From Eubacteriales bacterium (GTDB lineage: Bacteria > Bacillota > Clostridia > Oscillospirales > CAG-272): a stretch of 64,000 nucleotides of DNA. Positions within the stretch are counted from its first letter, which is position 1; each line of letters begins with the position of its first letter. A program made the position numbers and the translations under genes. The stretch lies in NCBI GenBank assembly GCA_045643285.1, contig JAZUKN010000039.1, positions 13,770-77,769 on the forward strand, given 5' to 3'. Below the pieces are notes generated by a model. That model was given only the letters and a program-made list of their open reading frames with translations, did not search any database and was not told the DNA's origin. Shown here one piece after another: positions 28,204 to 37,073 of this stretch.

Positions 28204-28665
28204 ATGAGCGTTTTTCTGAAATATCTCAGCGTGCTCGGGATGTCGATGCTTCCGGTAGTCGAGCTGCGCGGCTCCGTTCCGTGGGGTGTGGCACAAGGAC
28301 TGCCGCTTATCCCGGTTCTTGCCGTCAGCATAATCGGCAACATGATCCCCGTGCCGTTTATTATACTGTTCATCCGCCGCATATTCAACTGGATGAAGAA
28401 AAAAAGCAACTGGATGGCGTCGCTCGTCGAAAAGCTCGAAAAACGGGCAGAAAACAAACACGACCTGATCGTGAAATATCAAATGCTCGGGCTATTCGTC
28501 CTCGTTGCGATTCCTCTCCCGGGTACAGGAGCGTGGACAGGTGCGCTCGTCGCCGCACTGTTTGATCTGCGGCTGAAAAACGCCGTGCCGGTCATTTTCG
28601 CCGGAGTGACAGCGGCAGGCATCGTAATGTCTATAATCTCCTACGGCGTCGCCGCGCTTATATAA
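28204..28665 (+). CDS. small multidrug export protein (COG2426/Sm_multidrug_ex family)
   Basis: 153 aa with 4 TM segments and an N-terminal LPVVELRGSVPWG motif typical of the family. Confidence 0.7.
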   Translation: MSVFLKYLSVLGMSMLPVVELRGSVPWGVAQGLPLIPVLAVSIIGNMIPVPFIILFIRRIFNWMKKKSNWMASLVEKLEKRAENKHDLIVKYQMLGLFVLVAIPLPGTGAWTGALVAALFDLRLKNAVPVIFAGVTAAGIVMSIISYGVAALI

Positions 28666-28671
28666 CAAAAA

Positions 28672-28704
28672 ACCGACAGATTTTCGGTCTGTCGGTCTTT
28701 TTTC
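28672..28704 (+). terminator. rho-independent terminator
   Basis: The stem accgacaga/tctgtcggt is followed by a T-run. Confidence 0.8.
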
Positions 28705-28705
28705 T

Positions 28706-28795
28706 CTTTTGTCGGGGTTTCACCCCAAGCCCCGCCAAAGAAACTTTTTCGAGAAAAAGTTTCCTTGGAACCTTCAAAAAGCTTTATTGATCCAG
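28706..28795. repeat. type-2 long-palindrome element (copy 1 of 2)
   Basis: ccaaagaaacttttt-cgag-aaaaagtttccttgg (28735-28768) is a 15-bp stem with 1 mismatch. It is preceded by ggggt-ttc-acccc and followed by aaccttcaaaaagct. It is homologous to 57551-57620. Confidence 0.8.
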
Positions 28796-28800
28796 GTCAA

Positions 28801-29250
28801 TTATTTATACACAACTTCAAATTCTTCGAGGACGCAGTCGCCGTGTTCGTCAAACTCTTTCCCTGCCGCCGCATAATCGGGTGCGAAAAACTCACGGTGT
28901 ACCTCGCGCCATTTTTCGAGGCTTCTGTCGTCTTCTCCCTCTTTGTATGCGTGTTCCGAGCCGACTTCGTCAAACGGCACGACCGAAACTTTTGTGTCCC
29001 GTATCACGCACGCCGCCGAGTCGTCGTCAAACAGCACGACGCTGTAGCATCCGTCCGGAGGTACAGGCTCGCCGTCGTTTTCGTATGCGATCAGCGCGCT
29101 TGCCGTCGCCGTTTTTATTCCGTCGAGCACAAGCCGCGCAAGTCTGTCGCCGATTTCTCCGCCGCCACAGAATTTCCATTCGTCGTGCCGCGTATCCGGT
29201 GAAAGACCGTTTTCACGGCAGAACGCGAGCCACATCTCGCCGCCGGTCAT
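28801..29250 (-). CDS. ASCH domain protein
   Basis: 149 aa from ATG 29250, which overlaps the upstream gene's stop as ATGA. W.F.....L...L...V..G.KTAT and the EGE/E.W motifs resemble the ASCH (YqfB-like) family. Confidence 0.6.
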   Translation of the reverse strand: MTGGEMWLAFCRENGLSPDTRHDEWKFCGGGEIGDRLARLVLDGIKTATASALIAYENDGEPVPPDGCYSVVLFDDDSAACVIRDTKVSVVPFDEVGSEHAYKEGEDDRSLEKWREVHREFFAPDYAAAGKEFDEHGDCVLEEFEVVYK

Positions 29251-31070
29251 TTCGTCCTCCTGCACATCGGCATTTCCGTTACGCGCAGTTTCGCGCATCC
29301 GTACGGGACGAGCATTTTTTCTTCCGTCTCCCCTATCGCTTTGCGCGAAAACGGGATCGGCGCGGCTATGTTGTCGTATCCCGTTGCATATCCCCATTCG
29401 ATCGGCGCAAGACGGGCTTTCAGCGTGACGCGCGGATTCTTCGACGAGAACGGATATTTGTCTCCGTCGTGATACTCCACTGCCAGCTCGCGCGACGCAA
29501 ATCCGTACTCCCACGGTGTATCAGACGTAAGCTCGTAGTCGCAGTACGGGAATTTGCGCTCCACGCCGTCCCGTTCGTACTCTTCCATTTTATATTTCGC
29601 CTCCAGCGGGAAAGCGAACACAAGCGGTCCCCATTCGGCGCACTTCATCTCATACGGGCGCGCGGTGATCCTCGGTTCCGCACCGTATTCGAGACTGTAT
29701 GTTTTTTCTCCTCCGTCTGACGCAAGAGTGATGTATTCTGTTTTCCGTATCTCCCGACCGTCGAGCGTCACTTTCTTCACCCACGACGGCACGCGGACTT
29801 TCACTTTTCCGTCTCCGCTCACCATGATCTTCGCCGAGTGTCTGAACGGGTACTCCGTTTCGATTTTCACGCCGAGCGTCTTCCCTCCGACTTCACATTC
29901 AACCGAGAGAGGCATAAGCACGGGAATAACGAGACTTTTCCCGTCGGTCAGCACGCCGTTCATCGCAAGTTTGGGAAATCCCTGTCCTCCGTTTGCCGTA
30001 CAGCAGCCGTAATTCGGCTCAAGTCCGAAGAGATGAGCTTCGCTTGAGTTCGTTGTCCAATACGGTCTGCACTCGGGCAGGATCCGCGTACATTCGATCT
30101 GATTGACCTGCTGAACGTACTGATGCGCCCACATATCGTCGGTGAACGTCGCCGGAAGCGCATTGAACGCAATCTTCTCAAGCTGATCGAGCCATTTTGT
30201 CTTCCCTGTCACGCGGTAGAGCCATTCGAGTGAGTACATCTGCTCGACGACTGCGCAAAGCTCAGTTCCCTGCACGTTCGATATGCCTGCGAGGCATTCG
30301 TCGCCCGTGTAGATGCCGACGGCTGTTCCGTTGTAGCGTGCAAGGAACGCATCCTGTTCAGCCGCCGAAACGTCCGACTCGCCGAACAGTGCTTTTTCGA
30401 CAGCTTCGGTCTTAAGCATCATCCCGATGTTCACGATGTGCCTGTCAAGCGAATGATAATACATCGGGTGTACCCATTTGTCCCTGAACGAATCGTAATC
30501 CGCGCCCTGTTTTTTCAGCTCCCGCGCAAGGTCGATTAGCCACTGCTCACTGTGTCTTTTATAAAGAAAATCTATCGGTATCAGTGCTTCAAACCAGCGG
30601 AATTCTCCCCAACGATTCAGTTTGACCGAACCGTCGGTGATAAGCTCATAAAGGTTTCGGAAAGCGCGGTACAGTGAGTTCTCCGCTTTTTCGCTGTCCG
30701 TGAAATCGCAGTACAGCGCGAGAACTTTGCCGATGAGGAACAGTGCCCACACGTCGTAATCCGCTCTTTCGTCGACGGTGCAGGGGCATATCCAGCCGTC
30801 CGACTGCTGTCTGTCGATTATCGCGTTCACGTATTTCTCGGCGCGGTCAATCATATCGCGGTCGTCGAGCAGGTACGCAAGCGGAATGAATCCGTCGAGC
30901 CAGTACGGTACTCTTTCCCAGCCCTCGCACTCTCCGCCTATCCATCGGCTGTCGCGCACGTCACGCCACACTTTGTCGAGATTCCCCATGAGTCCGTCCG
31001 CCTGCACTCTGAGCTGATCTCTGAGCCAGCCTTCGGGATGAATGTTCGTTGGTTTAATCAAATCAAACAT
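29247..31070 (-). CDS. GH127-family (DUF1680, beta-L-arabinofuranosidase-like) glycoside hydrolase
   Basis: 607 aa. It has a six-hairpin-like N-terminal part and GTELCA plus NYGCCTANG motifs, resembling the Glu/Cys-Cys zinc and nucleophile site of GH127/GH146 enzymes. Family assignment is from memory only. Confidence 0.55.
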   Translation of the reverse strand: MFDLIKPTNIHPEGWLRDQLRVQADGLMGNLDKVWRDVRDSRWIGGECEGWERVPYWLDGFIPLAYLLDDRDMIDRAEKYVNAIIDRQQSDGWICPCTVDERADYDVWALFLIGKVLALYCDFTDSEKAENSLYRAFRNLYELITDGSVKLNRWGEFRWFEALIPIDFLYKRHSEQWLIDLARELKKQGADYDSFRDKWVHPMYYHSLDRHIVNIGMMLKTEAVEKALFGESDVSAAEQDAFLARYNGTAVGIYTGDECLAGISNVQGTELCAVVEQMYSLEWLYRVTGKTKWLDQLEKIAFNALPATFTDDMWAHQYVQQVNQIECTRILPECRPYWTTNSSEAHLFGLEPNYGCCTANGGQGFPKLAMNGVLTDGKSLVIPVLMPLSVECEVGGKTLGVKIETEYPFRHSAKIMVSGDGKVKVRVPSWVKKVTLDGREIRKTEYITLASDGGEKTYSLEYGAEPRITARPYEMKCAEWGPLVFAFPLEAKYKMEEYERDGVERKFPYCDYELTSDTPWEYGFASRELAVEYHDGDKYPFSSKNPRVTLKARLAPIEWGYATGYDNIAAPIPFSRKAIGETEEKMLVPYGCAKLRVTEMPMCRRTK

Positions 31071-31082
31071 AATTTACCTCTT

Positions 31083-33662
31083 TCAGAATGAAAAATGATG
31101 TTCTCCCGAGCCGCAAAGCTCCGTTTTTGTGCCGAGCGTGACTTTTGCTTCAGTCCCGAACGGTACTCTGATCGTCAAATCGACCTTGCCGGCTTTGTCG
31201 CGCGTGTAGTCGACTGTTATATCGCCGTGGACAGTTCCGACCTTGCACGACAGCCGTCCGATAAGATCGGTGAAGAACGGCTTCACGTCGAACGTCTTAT
31301 ATCCGATTCCCGTTCTTTCGATACCCGCGAGGAAGCGGTAGAACCACCCCTCGACGTGTCCCATCATGCAGTGAAGCTGTGAGTCCTTCATGTCCCACGT
31401 TTCAACGAGCGACGTTGCGCCCTGCTCGACGAAATAGAGGTACGACGGCATCGTCTTATTTAACAGCACTTTCATGAGAGTGTCGATTTTCCCTTCATCC
31501 GTCAGCACCCAGATGAGCGGTTTCAGTGCAATTTCGCCCGTCGTGATGTGGTAGTTGGACTTTTCGACTGCTTCAACGAGCCGGCGCAGTGCGTCTTCGC
31601 GCTTGTCTTCGTCGACCATGTCATAATAGAGCGGCGTTGCGTTTGACGCCTGAGAACCCGAACCGAACGTGCGGTTTTCTTCGTCCCAATACTTTTCGTT
31701 AAACGATTTTCTTATGTTTTCGGCAAGTGTGCGGTATTTTTCAGCGTCGTCCGCTTTGCCGATGATCTCGGCGACCTCTGCGACGGCACCTGCGAGCTGA
31801 TAATAGGTACAAGATACGATAAGTCCGACGGGTGTGGATTCATCAAACTGCGCCCAGTCGCCAAGCCCGTGATTCAAGAGGTAGTTTTCGCTCTTCGACG
31901 CGAGGTAGTCCATATATCTGACCATTGTCGGGTACGACTGGCGAACGGTGTCGGTGTCGCCGTATGTTTTATAAAGATTGAGCGGAACATTGACAGACGC
32001 GCCTCCCCATGTGGGGTCATCGCGGAAGCCGTTCCAGAACACGCCGAGCTCCGGACAAATATCCGGCACAAGTCCGCTCGGGAGCTGTGCGGTAACGGTG
32101 TCGTGCGCGCCCTTTTTGAGCCATGTGGACAGATCGAAATTAGCAGAAAGCGAGTCGAACATAAGATTGTTGACCTCCTGCCAGCCGAGCTTTTCGCGGT
32201 GCGGACAGTCGGTGCAGGTTGAATACATATTTGCTTCGATCGAGCGGTCTGTGATGAGGTGAAGCACGTTGAATACGTTGTTGTCCGTCTCAAATGAGCC
32301 TGTTTTGTCATTGTTCGCGCGGATCAGCAGTCCTTTGAAGTTGTCCTTCGTCGGTTCGGGAATACTGCCCTCTTTTAGTCTGACTTCCATGTATCTGAAG
32401 CCGTGGTAGCAGAAGCGCGGCTGCCATTCTTCGACGCCCTCGCCCTTAAAGATATATGTATCGAATATGGGAGTGCCGGTCGTGCGCTGATCTATTCTGC
32501 CCTCGGCGTTCAAAAGCTCCGAATACCAAAATTCGACTGTCGTTCCGCGCGGTGCCGCCATTTTCATATGCGCAACTCCGGCGAAGTTGCGTCCGAAATC
32601 GACGAGCCACACGCCGTCGTCGAATTTCTTTATATCAGCAGGCTCGAGCATTTCGGTCACCGTGAGCGGCGGATACGGTTTCGAGAACATCCTCTCCGCC
32701 ATGGGTTTTACAATTCGCACGGGTTTCCACGCCGAGCGATCGTATTCAGCCGTCGAATAACCGGTCAGCTCGCGTCGTGCGTCGTAGTCCTCACCGCCCG
32801 TCCAGCTTGAGAAAACGACAGGTCCTTCGTCGTTGTAAACCCAGCTTTCGTCCGTCGTGAATACGTCTTTCGTGCCGTCAGTGTACTTTACGGAGAGGTG
32901 CATTTTGAACATCAATTCCCCGTAGTTCGGCGTGATCTTTCGGTACTTCACCTGACCGTCGTCCATATAGTACGCTTTGCCGAGCATCGCGCCGACGGCG
33001 TTGTCGCATTTGTTCAGGAGTGACGTAACATCGAAAGTGTTGTACATCACTTCTTTGGCGTAGTCGGTCTCGCCGGGCTCGTACAGTCCCTCACCGACAC
33101 GGCTGCCGTTCAGATAAAGCTCGTATATCCCAAGTCCGCAGGCGTAAATCTTTGCGGATTTTACGTTTTTCCCGTCAGTCAGCGAAAATTTTTTCGAGAA
33201 CGCCGGAAGCGACGTCTCAACGAACGTCGGCTTTTCGGAATAGTCCTCGCAGGTGCCTGTATAGAACCACGTTTTATCTTTAGGCTCGGACGCAGCTATC
33301 CACTTCCCCGTGAATTCTGCTTGAGCCAAAAATGCCGTGCCGAACGAAGACACAGCAGAATAATCGCTCCAATTACCTTGCTCATCGCGGATCTTTACTT
33401 TCCAGTAGTATTTTTCATCCGATCCGAGCGGTCTTCCGGCGTATTCAACAAACGTTACTTTATCGGACTCTACCTCGCCCGAATCCCACATATCGCCGCT
33501 TTCGCATTTTTCGTCAGACGACACGACAACTCTGTACGCCGTCTGTTTTTTATTCTGTCCGTCCGACTCCGTTGTCCACGAGAAAAACGGTTTTTCCGTA
33601 TCAACGCCGATCGGCTCGGCGAGTGAATTTACTTTAAGTGAAACAAAAATCATTCTGTCCAT
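31083..33662 (-). CDS. alpha-L-rhamnosidase (GH78)
   Basis: About 859 aa. The N-terminus (PIGVDTEKPFFSWTTES....QTAYRVVVSSDE...MWDSGEV.S....V.Y.G..L.S...YYWKV) is the canonical bacterial rhamnosidase N-domain. The start is set at ATG 33662, downstream of the TTG at 33674. Confidence 0.85.
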   Translation of the reverse strand: MDRMIFVSLKVNSLAEPIGVDTEKPFFSWTTESDGQNKKQTAYRVVVSSDEKCESGDMWDSGEVESDKVTFVEYAGRPLGSDEKYYWKVKIRDEQGNWSDYSAVSSFGTAFLAQAEFTGKWIAASEPKDKTWFYTGTCEDYSEKPTFVETSLPAFSKKFSLTDGKNVKSAKIYACGLGIYELYLNGSRVGEGLYEPGETDYAKEVMYNTFDVTSLLNKCDNAVGAMLGKAYYMDDGQVKYRKITPNYGELMFKMHLSVKYTDGTKDVFTTDESWVYNDEGPVVFSSWTGGEDYDARRELTGYSTAEYDRSAWKPVRIVKPMAERMFSKPYPPLTVTEMLEPADIKKFDDGVWLVDFGRNFAGVAHMKMAAPRGTTVEFWYSELLNAEGRIDQRTTGTPIFDTYIFKGEGVEEWQPRFCYHGFRYMEVRLKEGSIPEPTKDNFKGLLIRANNDKTGSFETDNNVFNVLHLITDRSIEANMYSTCTDCPHREKLGWQEVNNLMFDSLSANFDLSTWLKKGAHDTVTAQLPSGLVPDICPELGVFWNGFRDDPTWGGASVNVPLNLYKTYGDTDTVRQSYPTMVRYMDYLASKSENYLLNHGLGDWAQFDESTPVGLIVSCTYYQLAGAVAEVAEIIGKADDAEKYRTLAENIRKSFNEKYWDEENRTFGSGSQASNATPLYYDMVDEDKREDALRRLVEAVEKSNYHITTGEIALKPLIWVLTDEGKIDTLMKVLLNKTMPSYLYFVEQGATSLVETWDMKDSQLHCMMGHVEGWFYRFLAGIERTGIGYKTFDVKPFFTDLIGRLSCKVGTVHGDITVDYTRDKAGKVDLTIRVPFGTEAKVTLGTKTELCGSGEHHFSF

Positions 33663-33725
33663 ATCGCACCTCAACTTCTGTGATTACAGAAAAATAATAC
33701 CACAAAGGCGTGAAAAAGTAAAGAC

Positions 33726-33761
33726 AAAAAAGAAAAACGGCATAGGTTTTACCCATGCCGT
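33726..33761 (-). terminator. terminator of HU gene
   Basis: The stem acggcatgg/ccatgccgt is followed by a T-run on the minus strand. Confidence 0.75.
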
Positions 33762-33783
33762 TGTCTTTTGAGTTAAGTGAAGA

Positions 33784-34062
33784 TTACTTGTTGCAAGCGT
33801 CCTTGAGAGCCTTGCCGGCCTTGAAAGCGGGAGCCTTGCAAGCTGCGATCTTAACGGACTTGCCTGTCTGGGGGTTAACACCCTTTCTTGCAGCGCGAGC
33901 GCGTACTTCAAATGTACCGAAGCCGATGAGCTGAACCTTGTCGCCCTTTACCATAGCGTCTGTGATAGCTTCGAATGTTGCCTTTACTGCAGCTTCTGCG
34001 TCCTTCTGGGAAAGACCTTCAACCTTTGCTGCTACTGCCTTTACGAGTTCTGTCTTGTTCAT
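33784..34062 (-). CDS. hup: DNA-binding protein HU
   Basis: 92 aa from ATG 34062, with GGAGG upstream. [11 protein letters not shown]......FGTFEVR.RAAR.G.NPQTG match the HU family. Confidence 0.95.
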   Translation of the reverse strand: MNKTELVKAVAAKVEGLSQKDAEAAVKATFEAITDAMVKGDKVQLIGFGTFEVRARAARKGVNPQTGKSVKIAACKAPAFKAGKALKDACNK

Positions 34063-34207
34063 TGTATTTTCCTCCGAAAATATATATTTATTGTAGTTTT
34101 TGTCCGGATCATTCCCGGGCAACCTATTGTATTATACAATAGTATCTCCGAAATTACAATAGTTTTTCATAAAATAATACATTTTTTCGGGTATTTTGAG
34201 CGGTTGT

Positions 34208-34741
34208 TTACTGTTTTTCCGCGTTATTTCCGTAGCTATCACGCGGTTTTGCCATTGTTTTGTTTGAAAACTCCTTTGTTCCCGTCAACTCTTTCAGTAC
34301 CGTGATAAACGGCGGAAGCGAAAATTCTTCGTCCTCCGCCCCGAGTTCCACCTCAAGCACTGCGAGTCCGTCGAGAGCATCGCCGCCGATCTCGTGGGGA
34401 TAAACGTCGATCTCGACAGTGTGGCCTTCATACGGGAATGCGTACCTCGTCTTCGTCAGCTCGGTCGCGCCTTTTGTGTCACGCAGGACGCGGTACTCCT
34501 CCTCGCCTATCTCATATTCGTGCTCCGTGCGGCTGACTGCCGTGATCCTTTTCTTCTCGGTCACGACGAACGACACTTTTCCGTTCTCTTCGATCCGTCT
34601 GACGCGCTTTTCTTCACCGGTCACGTTGTTTATCATCAGATAAGTCTGCGTGATATGCCTTACCTTGCATCCCGGAAGCGACGCGAGCATTTCTGTCTCC
34701 GGCAGTTTTATAAGAAATTTTCGCTCTGTCTCGATGTGCAT
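34208..34741 (-). CDS. CYTH domain protein (triphosphate tunnel metalloenzyme)
   Basis: 177 aa with the N-terminal ETERKFL (ExExK) signature. Confidence 0.8.
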   Translation of the reverse strand: MHIETERKFLIKLPETEMLASLPGCKVRHITQTYLMINNVTGEEKRVRRIEENGKVSFVVTEKKRITAVSRTEHEYEIGEEEYRVLRDTKGATELTKTRYAFPYEGHTVEIDVYPHEIGGDALDGLAVLEVELGAEDEEFSLPPFITVLKELTGTKEFSNKTMAKPRDSYGNNAEKQ

Positions 34742-34905
34742 TTTGTCTCCTTTTCAGCATTCCCGTTTAGTTTCCACTCTGTACTGTATTATTTTACAAC
34801 AGATACGCAAAAAAGTCAACTCCGACGCAAATCGTGTACCGTGTAGCAAAGCCGCCTCAGACGGAATAAGATATAGTAGTTCAAAAGAAAGGAGGTCAAA
34901 ACACA

Positions 34906-35064
34906 ATGTGCGGTTGCGGAAATAACAACTCGATCACCTGGATCATCGTTATCATAATCGTTCTGTACGTTCTCGGCGTGTTCGGCGGAAACCACGGCGG
35001 CTGCGGTTGCGGCTGTGACAACGTATTCCCGAGCGATAACGGCTGCGGATGCGGTTGCAGATAA
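34906..35064 (+). CDS. small Cys/Gly-rich membrane peptide (52 aa), not in the ORF track
   Basis: It reads MCGCGNNNSITWIIVIIIVLYVLGVFGGNHGGCGCGCDNVFPSDNGCGCGCR. A strong RBS AAAGGAGG lies 10 nt before the ATG and a terminator hairpin follows. The antisense 87-aa ORF (34816-35079) has no comparable signals. Confidence 0.6.
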   Translation: MCGCGNNNSITWIIVIIIVLYVLGVFGGNHGGCGCGCDNVFPSDNGCGCGCR

Positions 35065-35078
35065 CTCAAAATAAAACA

Positions 35079-35127
35079 AAATACCTGTCCGGATGAGAAT
35101 ATACTTCTCTTTCGGCAGGTATTTTTC
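35079..35127. terminator. terminator hairpin between convergent genes
   Basis: aaatacctg(t)ccg pairs with cggcaggtattt across a 21-nt loop, and a T-run follows. Confidence 0.55.
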
Positions 35128-35145
35128 TGTCCCTCAGAAAATTTT

Positions 35146-36462
35146 TTACTTTTCTATATCAAAAGATACAAGGTTATAGTAAGCGATAGTGGTGTTGCGG
35201 CATCCGTGTACCACAATTGCCGCGCCACTCTCAAACAGATCCTCGTCGATCAGCCAGCCGAGCGTGAACGTGACCGTCTCACCCGCGTCGACAAGTATGT
35301 CAAATAGGTCTTCCGCTCCGCTTTCACTCATGCAGCTTATATAAACCGGTGTGTTTAAGTAACCGTAATATCCGATACGAGGAGCATATTCATTATCTAC
35401 GCGATAATAAGTCTTTGAGCCAATGTACTGGAGAGACGTGTCAAACGCATATATTTTATCCTTTTCTTTTCCGGTGTTCGTGTATGTAAAATCGGCAGTT
35501 ACAAGCATTTTCTTCGATTTGCTTCTCTCTCCGTAGTGCGATATTTTGTCTTCTCCGTTTCCGTACACTACTTCCGCACGGTCGTACTCAATGAAATTGC
35601 CTTGTCCGTCGGTGAATTCATTGATGACGTCCATTTTACAGTCTTCCGGATCGAGAGCTTTCACATCATAGGCAACGCTGACAGAATCAACACTCAGCGT
35701 ATATCTGTCGCGTATGTTTCTGAATACTTCGCCGGCGGTCAGGTAATCGGTAGGGTAACTTTCAGTCTTTCCATTCCACATCAACGTAACGCTGGGATAG
35801 ATCGGCACGACTGCGTAAACGTCCGACGTTTCCGTGAGCGTCATTCCCTCGACTATCTTCGTGAGCTCTTCGTCCATTATTCCTTTGCCGAAACATCCGT
35901 AGATGACAAGATCTTCTTCAAGCATAACGTACAGACAGTTTTCGGAATGTGTCTCAGACCTTCTCACGACATACCCCTGATGTCCGCCCGCCGTAAATTC
36001 CTCTGCATCAACTGTGTCGGTTATGATATCATCCAGCTCATTCTGCCTGAGATCGCATACGTAAAATTCCATCCACCGTCCGTTCTCTACCGAGCCAAAG
36101 GAATGCGCCTCGGTTTCGTTCTTCGTCATGTCGTCCGGCATCCAATCGAAATAGAGCTTTACCGCTGTTTCATCCTCTGTCATATCCCACTTATGCTTGT
36201 CGAGGTCCTCTCCGTCGACTTTTTCCGCGATAATCGTCGTCTTGCCGCCCTCTTTTGTCATGTTCATCCGTGCTACCGCAACAGCCGCACTGACCGAGAG
36301 CGCAAGCACCACGGCAAGTGCCGCCGCGAGTACTCCCGCACGGACACGCGGTCTGTGAACGCCGTACGTCTCTTTTACTTCGCATCCATCAAGAGAGGAG
36401 AGCAGCCGCTCTTTTCTGTCGTTGTATCCGTCCGAAAAAATGTGTTTTCCGCTGTTATTCAT
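35146..36462 (-). CDS. putative anti-sigma factor / membrane-anchored extracytoplasmic protein
   Basis: 438 aa with a short cytoplasmic N-terminus, one TM segment (VLAAALAVVLALSVSAAVAVA) and a large external domain. Its start overlaps the stop of the upstream sigma-factor gene by 8 nt. Confidence 0.5.
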   Translation of the reverse strand: MNNSGKHIFSDGYNDRKERLLSSLDGCEVKETYGVHRPRVRAGVLAAALAVVLALSVSAAVAVARMNMTKEGGKTTIIAEKVDGEDLDKHKWDMTEDETAVKLYFDWMPDDMTKNETEAHSFGSVENGRWMEFYVCDLRQNELDDIITDTVDAEEFTAGGHQGYVVRRSETHSENCLYVMLEEDLVIYGCFGKGIMDEELTKIVEGMTLTETSDVYAVVPIYPSVTLMWNGKTESYPTDYLTAGEVFRNIRDRYTLSVDSVSVAYDVKALDPEDCKMDVINEFTDGQGNFIEYDRAEVVYGNGEDKISHYGERSKSKKMLVTADFTYTNTGKEKDKIYAFDTSLQYIGSKTYYRVDNEYAPRIGYYGYLNTPVYISCMSESGAEDLFDILVDAGETVTFTLGWLIDEDLFESGAAIVVHGCRNTTIAYYNLVSFDIEK

Positions 36463-36967
36463 GTTTTATCCCCCTGTTCTTTTCGTTTTCAAGTAAGTCC
36501 GCGAGCATTTTTTTCGCACGTTCAATCCTTTTCTTCACGCAAGACGGGCTGATTTTAAGCACTGCCGCAGTTTCGTCCGTCGACAGACCGACGACAAACC
36601 GCAGTTTCACCGCCTGTGCGTACTTTTCGGGCAAGAACGCTATTATTCCGTCGACGTTATCTCCGTCAGTGAAGAACTCGCTCTCAGCCGTCACCGCTTT
36701 TTCGTCAAGCTCTTCGCACCGTTCTGTCTCGCGTTTTCTTTTCCGGTACATATCTATTGCCGTCGATTTGACCGCTCGTTTTGCGTACGCCTCCGCAGAA
36801 GAAGATAAAGGTTCTTTAATCCGACCACTGTTATGTATCAGCCTCACAAAAGCATCATGAACTGCATCTTCCGCCGCAAACTCATCTCTTAGAACAGCGT
36901 ACGCGATCCGATACATTTCCTGCTCGTATAACTCATACATTTCTTCGATCTTTTCGCGTTCGTTCAT
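36455..36967 (-). CDS. RNA polymerase sigma-70 family factor (ECF-like)
   Basis: 170 aa from ATG 36967, with GGAGGTG upstream. It has region 2 (Y.IAY.VL.D...AEDAVHDAFVRL) and a region 4 HTH (LSTDETAAVLKISPSCVKKRIERA). Confidence 0.8.
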   Translation of the reverse strand: MNEREKIEEMYELYEQEMYRIAYAVLRDEFAAEDAVHDAFVRLIHNSGRIKEPLSSSAEAYAKRAVKSTAIDMYRKRKRETERCEELDEKAVTAESEFFTDGDNVDGIIAFLPEKYAQAVKLRFVVGLSTDETAAVLKISPSCVKKRIERAKKMLADLLENEKNRGIKHE

Positions 36968-37073
36968 ACCGCAGCACCTCCTTCCGTTATTTTTGAACCG
37001 GTTCACTGTATATAACGATCCCGAATGGGTAAAAGTGACAAAAAGCCCACGGATTTTCTCCGCAGGCTTTTGT

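Noticed and set aside
28881-29720. A 279-aa plus-strand ORF, and the 237-aa version of the minus-strand ORF 28801-29514.
   Set aside because: The plus-strand frame is antisense to the ASCH and GH127-like genes and is Arg-rich. The 88 extra N-terminal residues of the minus-strand ORF overlap the GH127-like gene's 3' end out of frame. ATG 29250, in an ATGA overlap, is the sensible start.
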